The notes beneath the pieces are model-generated. The model ran no database searches. It worked only from the letters and a program-made list of their open reading frames with translations, and was not told the DNA's origin. Below are positions 31,449 to 41,530 of a stretch of 62,253 nt of DNA, piece by piece. The translations under genes and the position numbers were made by a program. Source of the stretch: Cellulosilyticum sp. (GTDB lineage: Bacteria; Bacillota; Clostridia; Lachnospirales; Cellulosilyticaceae); the NCBI GenBank assembly GCA_017421915.1, contig JAFOHG010000006.1:1-62253 (forward strand), in the 5' to 3' direction. Position 1 is the first letter of the stretch. The number at the start of each line of letters is the position of its first letter.

Positions 31449-32138
31449 CTATAAGTAACTTTCTTCCCTTAAACTTTTGTAAGAATTATCTCCAATAATA
31501 ATATGATCTAATAGGGGAATCCCCATGACTTCTCCAGCAGTCTTTAACCTCTTTGTAATCTGTAAATCTTCAGTGCTTGGACTTGGATCTCCACTTGGGT
31601 GGTTATGAAGTACAATAATACTATGAGCAGACTTTTGTATTGCACTTTTATAAACCTCTCTAGGATGTACAATAGAAGCTGTTAAACTCCCTTCTGACAC
31701 AATACGATATCCCTTCATTTTACACTTTGTATCTACAAAAATGACTACAAAACATTCTTGACTTTTATAACGAAATCGCTCCATAAAATAATTAGCTACT
31801 GTCTCTGGGCTAGATATTTTTATTTCCGCTTGGTACTTTTCTTGCGCCATACGCTGGCTTAATTCTAAAACTGCCTTAATTTGAAGCGCTTTTACTTTTC
31901 CAATTCCTTTAATTTCTTGAAGCTGTTCATAAGATAATTCATGTAAATGAACTAATGTCATATCTTCTTCCATGTCTGACCCAGCCTGTTTTAATAAATA
32001 CTGCGCCAGTTCTTGTACATTCATAGTATTTGTCCCTGTTCTAAGTAAAATCGCTAATAAATCACTATCCGTAAGTGCTTCTAAACCATATCTCTGAAAT
32101 TTTTCATATGGCATTTCCACCTTATCTTGCTGATTCAT
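31449..32138 (-). CDS. radC: RadC (JAB domain) family protein
   Basis: LLAILLRTG, GIGKVKA, VHPREV, HNHPSGDPSPSTED, LLDHIIIG. Confidence 0.96.
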   Translation of the reverse strand: MNQQDKVEMPYEKFQRYGLEALTDSDLLAILLRTGTNTMNVQELAQYLLKQAGSDMEEDMTLVHLHELSYEQLQEIKGIGKVKALQIKAVLELSQRMAQEKYQAEIKISSPETVANYFMERFRYKSQECFVVIFVDTKCKMKGYRIVSEGSLTASIVHPREVYKSAIQKSAHSIIVLHNHPSGDPSPSTEDLQITKRLKTAGEVMGIPLLDHIIIGDNSYKSLREESYL

Positions 32139-32220
32139 TCCACCCACTCCTTTTTTAAATTATAGCCATTTCTTAGAAATTTATACCCCTTTCCCCTCAC
32201 TTATCTTATGAAGTTGAAAA

Positions 32221-32255
32221 ACAAAAAATAAGTCCAATTAGGACTTACTTTTTGT
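32221..32255 (-). terminator. Probable terminator after maf
   Basis: aaaaataagtcc-aatta-ggacttacttttt. Confidence 0.55.
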
Positions 32256-32826
32256 GTGTTAATGATACTATTTGATTAAGCTGTGTATATAATTCATGTA
32301 CAGGAAGTCCCATAACATTATAATAATCCCCTTCTATTCCAGAAATATATCTAGCCCCATAACCTTGAATCCCGTAGGCACCTGCTTTATCTAGAGGCTC
32401 TTTTGTATCTAGATATTCTTGAATTTCCTCTTCAGATAATATTTGCATTGTCACTTTTGTTTCTTTATAAAAGGTCTTTATTATTTGAAGCTTTTTATGG
32501 ATTAATGCAACACCTGTATAAACTTGATGGGTTTGACCACTTAATAATCGTAAAATTTCTTTAGCTTCTATCTCATCTTTAGGTTTTCCTATAATTCTTC
32601 CTTGATAACATACAACGGTATCTGCACCAATTACCCAGTTGTCACAATATTGGTCTGCAACAATCTGTGCTTTTTGCTTTGCTAATTCTTGTACGTTACA
32701 CTCTGGTGATAATGTCTCATCGATTACTTCATCTACCGACTTCGTATAAACTTTAAATTCCCATGGTAAAAGTTCCATAAGCTGTTTTCTTCTAGGTGAT
32801 TGTGATGCTAATAATATTGGTTTCAT
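32245..32826 (-). CDS. maf: Maf nucleoside triphosphate pyrophosphatase
   Basis: ILLASQSPRR, IGADTVV, DKAGAYGIQG, NVMGLP. Confidence 0.96.
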   Translation of the reverse strand: MKPILLASQSPRRKQLMELLPWEFKVYTKSVDEVIDETLSPECNVQELAKQKAQIVADQYCDNWVIGADTVVCYQGRIIGKPKDEIEAKEILRLLSGQTHQVYTGVALIHKKLQIIKTFYKETKVTMQILSEEEIQEYLDTKEPLDKAGAYGIQGYGARYISGIEGDYYNVMGLPVHELYTQLNQIVSLTHKK

Positions 32827-32841
32827 TCTACTCCTCTTTCT

Positions 32842-33108
32842 TTATATTCTCTTATATAAAAAGACTCCAAATAAAAGTCCTAAAATAGCTGATAGTGTTA
32901 TATTAAACTTAATTTGTACAGAAAACCATATCACACCTAGATTAACCTGAAAAGGTTGATCTAATCCAAATGTTCCTGCATAATTCATCCAGTCTAAATA
33001 TTTTGTGCCACTACATAAACTTCCTACAAAATATCCCACTGTTAATCCAGATAACATACACAAAAGTAAAATCCACAAATTTCCTGCTTTTGTACTTCCG
33101 CCTATCAT
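32842..33108 (-). CDS. Small membrane protein (DUF4321-like)
   Basis: Two hydrophobic segments; usual position upstream of maf. Confidence 0.7.
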   Translation of the reverse strand: MIGGSTKAGNLWILLLCMLSGLTVGYFVGSLCSGTKYLDWMNYAGTFGLDQPFQVNLGVIWFSVQIKFNITLSAILGLLFGVFLYKRI

Positions 33109-33252
33109 TTACTCTAATCCCCCTCTATTTTCCTTAGTAAACTTATTATACATCTAGCTGATTTGTTTTTCCACTTTCTTACATATAAATATCTCTTATT
33201 TAGTCCATTTATACTTTATTAATCTTAATGCAAACTTTTTTATATAGCCAAT

Positions 33253-33302
33253 AAAAAGGATAGTAACCCTATCTCCTAATTGAAAGAGCTACTATCCTTT
33301 TT
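33253..33302 (-). terminator. Terminator after rnfB
   Basis: aaaaaggatagta...tactatccttttt. Confidence 0.75.
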
Positions 33303-33313
33303 CTACTTTTCTA

Positions 33314-34159
33314 TTAATCTCTTTTAGCTATTGCAAACTTATCTTTTTCTTGAGTTCCTTCACCTATTAAATGTGAAATTGCTTGAGTGGGGCACTTACT
33401 ACTACACTTACCACATCCTACGCATAATTTTGGATTAATGATTGCACATTGCTCTTCTAAGCGAATTGCACCATATTCACACTGCTTAATACACAATCCA
33501 CACCCTATGCATCCTACTTTACATACTTCTTTTACCTCTTTTCCCCTATCTTTAGAGGCACAATTAACATGATAGCTATCCATTATAGGGACAAGATGAA
33601 TCACACCTCTTGGACATTGTTTCTCACAAGTTCCACACCCTACACACTTTTCTCTATCAATAATAGGTAAGCCTTCTTTCATTGTAATCGCATCAAATGC
33701 ACAAACCTTCATACAAGACCCTAAACCTAAGCACCCATAAATACATTGTTTAGGTCCTCCATTTAAAAGATGAGCATCTTGACAAGTCATCAAACCTGTA
33801 TAATTAAACTTTTGACCAGCTACCTTACCGTTTCCTTTGCATCTTACAACTGCCACTTTCTTTTCTGCTAAGTTACTTTCTATTTGCATAATCTTAGCAA
33901 TTGCTGCAACTTGCTGCTTATTACAAACCGGACATCCATTTGGTGCACTTTCTCCATTTACAATTGATTTTGCCATTGCCTCACACCCTGCAAAGCCACA
34001 TCCTCCACAATTTGCTCCTGGCAGGCATGCTTTTACCGCTTCTACCCGTTCATCAATGGGTACTGCAAACTTTTTTGCAGCAATGCCTAATCCTATTCCA
34101 AACAGAAGGCCCATGCTACCAAGTGTTACAATTGGCACTAAAATTGCTGTAACATCCAT
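33314..34159 (-). CDS. rnfB: Rnf complex subunit B (polyferredoxin)
   Basis: LPGANCGGCGFAGC; several CxxCxxCxxxC motifs. Confidence 0.95.
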   Translation of the reverse strand: MDVTAILVPIVTLGSMGLLFGIGLGIAAKKFAVPIDERVEAVKACLPGANCGGCGFAGCEAMAKSIVNGESAPNGCPVCNKQQVAAIAKIMQIESNLAEKKVAVVRCKGNGKVAGQKFNYTGLMTCQDAHLLNGGPKQCIYGCLGLGSCMKVCAFDAITMKEGLPIIDREKCVGCGTCEKQCPRGVIHLVPIMDSYHVNCASKDRGKEVKEVCKVGCIGCGLCIKQCEYGAIRLEEQCAIINPKLCVGCGKCSSKCPTQAISHLIGEGTQEKDKFAIAKRD

Positions 34160-34171
34160 TTTTGTTTCCCC

Positions 34172-34753
34172 CTATATATTTGGAATTAAATTTTGAAATC
34201 CTGCAAAGGCTAATGCCATAAATCCTGCCGCCATTAACACTAAAGGTAACCCTCTAAAAGCAGGAATCACATCATTATCCTCTATATGTTCCCTAATACC
34301 TGCCATAAGTAACATTGCAATGGTAAAACCAATAGCTGCCCCTAATCCATTTACCACTGATTGAATAAGTGTATATTCTTTTTGCATATTAAGAACGGCT
34401 ACACCTAAAACGGCACAGTTTGTTGTAATTAATGGTAGGTAAACCCCTAATGCACTATAAAGAGAAGGACTTATTTTTTGAATAATCATTTCTACCAGTT
34501 GTACCAAAGAAGCAATAACTAAGATAAAAGCTAAATTGTATAAGTACTCTAATCCTAATAAGCAAAGAATATACTTATAAACTAAGTATGTACATGTAGA
34601 GGCAATCCCCATTACAAAAGTTACTGCTGCTCCCATGCCAAGTGCTGTATCTACTTTTTTAGATACACCTAGAAAAGCACAAATGCCTAAGAATTTTACT
34701 AGTACAAAATTATTGACAAGTGCCGCTCCAATAAATAATAAAATTAAATTCAT
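34172..34753 (-). CDS. rnfA: Rnf complex subunit A
   Basis: VNNFVLVKFLGIC, YLPLITTNCAVLG. Confidence 0.96.
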   Translation of the reverse strand: MNLILLFIGAALVNNFVLVKFLGICAFLGVSKKVDTALGMGAAVTFVMGIASTCTYLVYKYILCLLGLEYLYNLAFILVIASLVQLVEMIIQKISPSLYSALGVYLPLITTNCAVLGVAVLNMQKEYTLIQSVVNGLGAAIGFTIAMLLMAGIREHIEDNDVIPAFRGLPLVLMAAGFMALAFAGFQNLIPNI

Positions 34754-34760
34754 TATTCCC

Positions 34761-35357
34761 CTACCTCCTTTTAGCCTTTATTGTATTTAAAATAGCCATT
34801 AAAATACCTAACGTAAAAAAGGCACCTGGTGCTAAAATCATAACTGTTGCTGGAGGATAAAAACTTGGCATAACTGTTATACCACATAGAGAGCCTACTC
34901 CCAACAATTCCCGAATACAGCCTATAACGGTTAAAGAACAAGTAAAACCAAGCCCCATTCCAAGACCATCAAAAACAGCCGCAAGTGGTTTATTTTTAGA
35001 AGCATAGGCTTCTGCACGCCCTAAAATAATACAATTGACAACAATAAGTGGGATAAAAAGTCCTAAACTACTATATAAACTTGGTGCATACGCTTTTAAC
35101 AAAAATTCTACCACTGTCACAAAACTTGCTATGACAACAATATACGCTGGAATACGTATTTTAGATGGAATGAAATTTCGAATAAGTGAAATCACTAAAT
35201 TTGAACAAATAAGGACTGCTGTTGTAGAAAGTCCCATCCCCATGGCATTAATAACACTTGTTGTAACAGCTAATGTAGGACACATACCTAGTACTTGAAC
35301 AAAAGTAGGATTATCTTTTATAATGCCAGCTTGTAATCGTTCTTTTAATGCACCCAT
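34761..35357 (-). CDS. rnfE: Rnf complex subunit E
   Basis: NPTFVQVLGMCPTLAVT, IPLIVVNCIILGRAE. Confidence 0.96.
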   Translation of the reverse strand: MGALKERLQAGIIKDNPTFVQVLGMCPTLAVTTSVINAMGMGLSTTAVLICSNLVISLIRNFIPSKIRIPAYIVVIASFVTVVEFLLKAYAPSLYSSLGLFIPLIVVNCIILGRAEAYASKNKPLAAVFDGLGMGLGFTCSLTVIGCIRELLGVGSLCGITVMPSFYPPATVMILAPGAFFTLGILMAILNTIKAKRR

Positions 35358-35917
35358 TATGCATTCCCCCATTCTTCTTGATGTGCCATCACATATTCAC
35401 TTGCTCTATTAACAGCATTGGTAATTGCCATAGAAGTAATTGTTGCTCCAGTAATCGCTTGAATTTCATCTTCTTTTGGTATCTCTTTGCTCACCTTTAA
35501 TGGTGTCTTACGCTCTACAAATTGACCTGTGAAACTTTCTTTTTCAGCATTCGCACCAAATCCAGGCGTTTCTGCATGCTCTAATATACTGATTCCCTTT
35601 ACCTTTCCCTGTGGATCAATACCTATTAGTATTTTAATAGCGCCACCATAACCATTAGGCGCCATTCGAAGGACATAACCCATGCATTCATTTCCTTTTT
35701 TAGCAATGCATAGCTTTTTAATCTGCTCATCATCTATGTTTTCTATAACCTCAAAACTTTCTGCCTCCATAATAAGCTTTTTCATTTCTAATTCCTCAGC
35801 TTGAATTTCATTAGCCATAATAATAGGTTTAGTTATTTGATTCACCGCACTTAAAATGCCTACACAAATGGCTGTAATTAAAAATAAAATGCCTCCTAAT
35901 TTTAATGGATGATTCAT
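35357..35917 (-). CDS. rnfG: Rnf complex subunit G (FMN-binding)
   Basis: GYGG, HAETPGFG, AITGATITS FMN-attachment motif. Confidence 0.95.
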   Translation of the reverse strand: MNHPLKLGGILFLITAICVGILSAVNQITKPIIMANEIQAEELEMKKLIMEAESFEVIENIDDEQIKKLCIAKKGNECMGYVLRMAPNGYGGAIKILIGIDPQGKVKGISILEHAETPGFGANAEKESFTGQFVERKTPLKVSKEIPKEDEIQAITGATITSMAITNAVNRASEYVMAHQEEWGNA

Positions 35918-35918
35918 T

Positions 35919-36875
35919 TTACACCACCTCTCCAAATCGACGTACTTTCACATACTTATCAATAAGAGGTACGACTAAATTCATAATTAAAATACTATAA
36001 CTAACACCTTCTGGATAGCCTCCAAATAATCGAATTAAAGTTGTAATCATACCTGCTCCTAATGCAAAAATGATTTGACCTTTTATGGTCATTGGTGTTG
36101 TTGTATAATCTGTTGCCATAAAGAAGCCACCAAGCATAACACCACCTAAAAATAAACTATAAAAACTTTGATAAAAGTCAAACCCATTTAATAAAGTTGT
36201 TAAAACAAAAATGCTTCCTATATAACATACTGGAATATGCCAAGTAATAACCTTCCTTATGATTAAATAAATACCACCTATTAATAATGCCAAAGCAGAA
36301 ACTTCTCCTATGCATCCACCTATATTTCCAAGAAATGCATCCGTTAAACTAGGTAACTGATCTAGAGCCCCATTTTTCATTAATTCAAGAGGTGTTGCTC
36401 CCGTAACGGCATCTACACTACTTAAAAGTCTTCCTTGTTCTGGTACAGGAAAACTTCTCATATCTGTACTATAACCTGCTAATAAAAAAGCCCTTGCTGC
36501 TAATGCAGGATTGATAAAGTTTTGACCAATTCCTCCAAATACTTGCTTTGCCAATATAATCGAAACAAAAGCGCCTATTACAATAATATAAACTGGTGCA
36601 CGAGCTGGTACATTATAAGCCAGTAATACCCCTGTTACAACTGCGCTTAAATCCCCAATAGTTATTGTTCTTTTAAAGACCTTTTCCCAAATCCATTCAA
36701 AGCCCACACAACAGCCTACACTTACAACCGTTAAAAATAAAACATATACACCAAAAAAATAAATACCTGCTATTAAAGCTGGCATTAAGGCAATGACCAC
36801 ATCTAACATAATCTTTCTAGTCGTATGCTCTGCTTTCACATGCGGAGAGGATGACACCATTAACATTTTCTCCAT
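35919..36875 (-). CDS. rnfD: Rnf complex subunit D
   Basis: SSSPH, FGGIGQNFINPAL, DAVTGATPL, FFMATDYTTTP. Confidence 0.96.
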   Translation of the reverse strand: MEKMLMVSSSPHVKAEHTTRKIMLDVVIALMPALIAGIYFFGVYVLFLTVVSVGCCVGFEWIWEKVFKRTITIGDLSAVVTGVLLAYNVPARAPVYIIVIGAFVSIILAKQVFGGIGQNFINPALAARAFLLAGYSTDMRSFPVPEQGRLLSSVDAVTGATPLELMKNGALDQLPSLTDAFLGNIGGCIGEVSALALLIGGIYLIIRKVITWHIPVCYIGSIFVLTTLLNGFDFYQSFYSLFLGGVMLGGFFMATDYTTTPMTIKGQIIFALGAGMITTLIRLFGGYPEGVSYSILIMNLVVPLIDKYVKVRRFGEVV

Positions 36876-36948
36876 AATCTATTCTCCTTTTACTTAACTA
36901 CTTAAAGCATTTTAGACTGCATTTTATATTGAAATGATTTAAGTCTTC

Positions 36949-38268
36949 TTAGCTTTGTTTTGCTCGGATAACAGCTTTTGCTGTACGAATGGCTTGCACT
37001 AACTCCCTCTTAGCTGGGCAAGTATAGGCACAGCACCCACACTCTATACAATCCATCCCATTTTGCTTAAGAAAAACTTCGTAATGACCATGTATCGCAC
37101 TTTTTTGTAAATGAATTGGGACTAGTCCCATTGGGCATACTGCAACACATTTGCCACATCTTATACAATTTGAAGGAGGCTTACAATCAGTTTCTTCCTT
37201 TGTTAAACATAAAATAGCTGATGTCCCTTTTGTAACAGGAATGTCTACATCAAAAAGAGCTGTCCCCATCATCGGTCCACCTGCAATAATTTTAACCGTT
37301 TGATTCCAATCTACTTGAGCATATTCTAAAACTTCTCTAATGGAGGTTCCTATTTTTACTTCTAAATTACAAGGCCGCCTCACGCCTTTTCCCGAGACAG
37401 TAACAATCCGACTGATAACAGGCTCCCCTTTTATAACTGCTCTATAAATTGCACCTACTGAAGCTATATTATGTACCATGCAACCTACTTCAATAGGTAA
37501 TTTACCACTTGGTACTTGTCTTGAGGTGAGTGCTTCTATTAAATGTTTTTCCGAACCTTGTGGATACTTAGTATGTAAAAGTTTGACTTCAATAGGCGTA
37601 TCTTGAGCTAGTGTTACCATTCTTTTATAGGCATCTATTTTATTATCTTCAATCCCAATAATAGCCCTTGCTTCTTTAAAAACTTGAAGTAATAATTTAA
37701 CACCTTCAATAACATCTTCTCCTCTTTCTAACATAACACGCTCATCTGATGTTAAATAAGGTTCACATTCTGCCCCATTAATCAAGATAAACTCCACCTT
37801 TTTATCTTGAGGTGTAGAAAGTTTGACATGTGTTGGAAAGGTTGCTCCCCCTAATCCCACAATTCCAGCAGCTTTAACATATTCGATTAATATGTCCCTA
37901 GTTAATTTTTCTTCTTGATTATAAGGCATGATTTGTTTTTCTGGATTAATAGCATATAGTCCATCATTTTCAACTACAACGCAAGTCTCTTTTACCCCTT
38001 TTACCGTCATACGCTTTTCTATCACTTTAACTGTACCTGATATGGAGCTATGAATATTGGCAGAAACAAATCCATTTGCTATACCTATTTGATCTCCAAC
38101 ATACATATAATCTCCCTTTTTTACAACTGGTGTACAAGATGCGCCAATATGCTGTGACATAGGGAATACAACTTCCTTACCTGGCAACATGACTTCTATT
38201 TGAACATTAGAAGTGATTTCTTTATGGTAAGTAGGATGTATTCCTTTTTTAAAGGTCATTCCCTTCAT
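36949..38268 (-). CDS. rnfC: Rnf complex subunit C
   Basis: QHIGA, GLGGATFPTHVK, NGAECEPYLTSD, YPQGSEK, CIRCGKC, CIECGCC. Confidence 0.96.
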   Translation of the reverse strand: MKGMTFKKGIHPTYHKEITSNVQIEVMLPGKEVVFPMSQHIGASCTPVVKKGDYMYVGDQIGIANGFVSANIHSSISGTVKVIEKRMTVKGVKETCVVVENDGLYAINPEKQIMPYNQEEKLTRDILIEYVKAAGIVGLGGATFPTHVKLSTPQDKKVEFILINGAECEPYLTSDERVMLERGEDVIEGVKLLLQVFKEARAIIGIEDNKIDAYKRMVTLAQDTPIEVKLLHTKYPQGSEKHLIEALTSRQVPSGKLPIEVGCMVHNIASVGAIYRAVIKGEPVISRIVTVSGKGVRRPCNLEVKIGTSIREVLEYAQVDWNQTVKIIAGGPMMGTALFDVDIPVTKGTSAILCLTKEETDCKPPSNCIRCGKCVAVCPMGLVPIHLQKSAIHGHYEVFLKQNGMDCIECGCCAYTCPAKRELVQAIRTAKAVIRAKQS

Positions 38269-38323
38269 CTTACTCCTCCTCTATCTTTCATATAGTATTT
38301 CACCATAAAGTATATGTTTTTTG

Positions 38324-38869
38324 TTAGCTTCTAACGACAATATTGTGTAGATTTTCTATAGATGCTTTTACCCATTTTAATATTTCAGGATGATTAATAG
38401 GGACGTCCTTCAAAACATACTTTAATGCTCTTGTATCTACTTCTATTGAATCTTCACCTTTAGTATACTTATAAATCCAGTCTATCTTAGGATAAGCACT
38501 TATTAGGGTAATAATCGTAGCAGGCATATCTCCTAATGGTGGCCTATCCACATGATTGTATTGCATGACAGCCACAAGCAAAGTCCCCTTCCCCTTTTCA
38601 CTTTTAATCCTTAAATGCCCCCCGCTTAATTCACAATTTTGCTTAAGCAAAGGAATGCCTAATCCAACTCTTCTCGTTGTACGCGTTGTAAAAAAAGGAT
38701 TACTAACATGTTGTAGCATCTGCTCATCCATTCCCTGTCCATTATCTTCTACCTTTAAAATGAGTTGATTTTGAGCCAAATATTCAATAACTTCTAATTT
38801 AACAAGTGTTGCACCCCCACGCACACTATTTTCTGCAATATCCAACAAATGTAAGGATAAATCTTGCAT
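38324..38869 (-). CDS. Stand-alone HATPase_c (GHKL) ATP-binding protein without HisKA domain
   Basis: LDIAENS (N box), DNGQGM (G1), PFFTTR (F), GLGIP (G2), HVDRPPLGD. Confidence 0.85.
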   Translation of the reverse strand: MQDLSLHLLDIAENSVRGGATLVKLEVIEYLAQNQLILKVEDNGQGMDEQMLQHVSNPFFTTRTTRRVGLGIPLLKQNCELSGGHLRIKSEKGKGTLLVAVMQYNHVDRPPLGDMPATIITLISAYPKIDWIYKYTKGEDSIEVDTRALKYVLKDVPINHPEILKWVKASIENLHNIVVRS

Positions 38870-38926
38870 TTTCTACCTCCCTTTAAATAAATAAAATGCC
38901 TTTAAATAAAAATAAGGATAAAAATA

Positions 38927-38966
38927 AAGGAGCATCACAAACTAAAATAGTTTTATGACACTCCTT
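38927..38966 (-). terminator. Probable terminator after serA
   Basis: aaggag...ctcctt imperfect hairpin. Confidence 0.5.
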
Positions 38967-38983
38967 CGTATTTTCATCAAGTT

Positions 38984-40138
38984 CTATTTGGTTAAGTAAC
39001 GTACCTTAATGACATTTTCAATTGCTTCAATTGCACTAAGCACTTCTTTAGAAGCATTTTCTACATCAATTAGCGTATAAGCATATTCGCCTCTACTTCT
39101 ATTAGTCATATCTTGTATATTAAGACCTGCTTCTGCAATAACAGCTGTAATCTTTCCAAGAATAGCAGGAATATTCTTATGTGCAATAGCAATACGCGCT
39201 GAACCATTCCAAGGCATAGAACAAGCTGGATAGTTAACAGAATTTGTAATATTACCTTGTTCTAAGTAATCTTTAACTTCTTTAGCAGCCATAACTGCAC
39301 AGTTTTCTTCTGATTCTTCTGTAGATGCACCTAAGTGAGGAATTGTAATAATTTGATCATTACCTAATACATCTTCCACTGGGAAATCTGTTACATAAAC
39401 AGCTACTTTACCTGAAGCTAAAGCTTCTTTCATATCATTATTTTCAACTAAGGTATCTCTTGCAAAATTAAGTACCCTTACGCCATCTTTCATTTTTGCA
39501 AAAGCTTCTTTATTTAACATATGTTTTGTACTTTCAAGTAATGGCACATGAACTGTAATATAATCCGCTTGTGAATAAATTTCATCTAAAGTTGTAGCAT
39601 GTTTAATATTTCTTGATAATCCCCAAGCTGCATCAATTGAGATATAAGGATCATATCCAATAACTTCCATACCTAAAGCTTGTGCTGCATTGGCAACTAA
39701 AACCCCAATTGCCCCTAAACCGATGACACCTAGCTTTTTACCTAAAATTTCTTGACCTGCAAAAGCACTTTTACCTTTTTCTACAGATTTAGCAACATCT
39801 TCTGTTAAAGCTTTTGCCCAGTTAATACCATCCACGATTTTACGTGAAGAAAGAAATAATCCACAAAGTACTGCTTCTTTAACCGCATTGGCATTTGCAC
39901 CTGGTGTATTAAATACAACAACACCCTTTTCAGCATAAGCATCAATTGGAATATTATTAACACCTGCGCCTGCTCTTGCAATTGCTAGTACACTCTCTGG
40001 TAAAACCATATCATGCATTTTAGCACTTCTTACTAAAATAGCATCTGCATTTTCTATTTGATCAACGATTTGATAAGCATCCCCAAGCTCATTTAAACCG
40101 TTGCTTGAAATTTTATTAAGTGTATGAATTTTAAACAC
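38984..40138 (-). CDS. serA: D-3-phosphoglycerate dehydrogenase with C-terminal ACT domain
   Basis: RAGAGVNNI, GLGAIG, PHLGASTEESE; ACT tail; follows serC. Confidence 0.93.
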   Translation of the reverse strand: MFKIHTLNKISSNGLNELGDAYQIVDQIENADAILVRSAKMHDMVLPESVLAIARAGAGVNNIPIDAYAEKGVVVFNTPGANANAVKEAVLCGLFLSSRKIVDGINWAKALTEDVAKSVEKGKSAFAGQEILGKKLGVIGLGAIGVLVANAAQALGMEVIGYDPYISIDAAWGLSRNIKHATTLDEIYSQADYITVHVPLLESTKHMLNKEAFAKMKDGVRVLNFARDTLVENNDMKEALASGKVAVYVTDFPVEDVLGNDQIITIPHLGASTEESEENCAVMAAKEVKDYLEQGNITNSVNYPACSMPWNGSARIAIAHKNIPAILGKITAVIAEAGLNIQDMTNRSRGEYAYTLIDVENASKEVLSAIEAIENVIKVRYLTK

Positions 40139-40150
40139 TATGCTACCCCC

Positions 40151-41233
40151 TTATAAGTTTTCACTCTCGAATTTTTTCATAAAGTCAACTAATTTTTGTA
40201 CGCCTTCGATTGGCATAGCATTGTAAATACTTGCGCGCATACCACCAACACTTCTATGTCCTTTAATACTTACAAGACCTTCTGCTGCTGCTTCCTTTAC
40301 AAATTTTGCATCTAAGTCAGCATTTCCTGTTACAAATGTCACATTCATCATAGAACGGTCTTCTTTACAAGCTGTTGGCTTAAAGAGTTTAGATTGATCT
40401 AAATAGTCATATAATAAAGCAGCTTTTTCTTTATTTCTCTTTTCTAACGCTGCTACGCCGCCTTGATTTTCAATCCATTCAAACATAAGTTTTAACATAT
40501 AAATACCATATGTAGGTGGCGTATTGTACATAGATTCATTATCTGCCATTAACTTATAGTTAAGCATTGCAGGTACTTTTTCATTAGCATAACCTATTAA
40601 ATCTTCACGAATAATAACTAATGTAACCCCTGCAGGTCCTAAATTCTTTTGTGCTCCTGCATAAATAATACCAAATTTACTTACATCTACTTCTTCAGAT
40701 AAGATACATGATGACATATCTGCAACAAGTGGTACATTACCTGTATCTGGATATTCATGATATTTTGTTCCGTAAATTGTGTTATTTGCACAGATATATA
40801 CATAATCTGCTTCTGGATCAAATTGATCTTTTGAAACCTTTGGAATATAAGTATAGTTGTCAGCCTTTGAAGAGCCTACTACATTAATCTTTCCATATTT
40901 TTGAGCTTCTTTTAATGCTTTAGAAGCAAATTGACCTGATTCGATATAATCTGCTTTAAAAGATTTTCTAAGTAAGTTCAATGGAATCATTGCAAATTGA
41001 AGAGATGCTCCCCCTTGTAAAAATAATACTTTATAATTATCTGGAATACCCATGATTTTACGAAGTCTTGCTTCAGCCTCTTTTATAATGGCATCATAAT
41101 CTTTCGAACGGTGACTCATCTCCATTACACTCATTCCACTATTACCATAACAAACAAGTTCTTGCTGAGCCTTCTCTAACACTTCAAGTGGAAGTGCCCC
41201 TGGCCCTGCTGAAAAGTTAAATACTCTACGCAT
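40151..41233 (-). CDS. serC: Phosphoserine aminotransferase
   Basis: NFSAGPG, MSHRS, YAGAQKNLGPAG, GHRSVGGMRASIYNA; start MRRVF after GGAGG. Confidence 0.97.
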   Translation of the reverse strand: MRRVFNFSAGPGALPLEVLEKAQQELVCYGNSGMSVMEMSHRSKDYDAIIKEAEARLRKIMGIPDNYKVLFLQGGASLQFAMIPLNLLRKSFKADYIESGQFASKALKEAQKYGKINVVGSSKADNYTYIPKVSKDQFDPEADYVYICANNTIYGTKYHEYPDTGNVPLVADMSSCILSEEVDVSKFGIIYAGAQKNLGPAGVTLVIIREDLIGYANEKVPAMLNYKLMADNESMYNTPPTYGIYMLKLMFEWIENQGGVAALEKRNKEKAALLYDYLDQSKLFKPTACKEDRSMMNVTFVTGNADLDAKFVKEAAAEGLVSIKGHRSVGGMRASIYNAMPIEGVQKLVDFMKKFESENL

Positions 41234-41288
41234 GATACCCCTCCTAATACGAAAAATAGTAATCGACATTAAATGTAATGTTTATAAA

Positions 41289-41317
41289 ATTATATTTAAT
41301 TTAATTTAATTAGTCAA
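41289..41317 (-). promoter_or_regulatory. SigA promoter of serC-serA
   Basis: TTGACT-17 bp-TATAAT. Confidence 0.85.
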
Positions 41318-41450
41318 CTTAAAATTTTTTAAATATACTAAAATATTGCATATTTAAACAAATTCTATCCCAATTGCTATCAGATTCTCTATGTACTATA
41401 CTATTCATCTCTCTAATAAAATAGTACCTTCTATTCTTATCCCAAAATAT

Positions 41451-41472
41451 AAAAGCCAACCCGAAGGCTGGC
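41451..41472 (-). terminator. Strong intrinsic terminator with cUUCGg tetraloop
   Basis: GCCAGCC-UUCG-GGUUGGC-UUUU on minus strand. Confidence 0.85.
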
Positions 41473-41530
41473 ATAGGGAATGAAATCTACTTTTTTACCG
41501 AAAAGTAAACAGAAATACTGATAACCGTTC
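41451..41530 (-). ncRNA. Candidate small RNA (or structured argF 3' UTR)
   Basis: Two hairpins flanking an unpaired UUUCAUUCCCU segment; no ORF. Confidence 0.4.

Noticed and set aside
31449-32138. RadC/JAB protein as a mobile-element or defence marker
   Set aside because: Full-length chromosomal type in the conserved maf-radC-mreBCD order
33314-38268. Rnf cluster as a novel system
   Set aside because: Standard clostridial rnfCDGEAB order with canonical motifs
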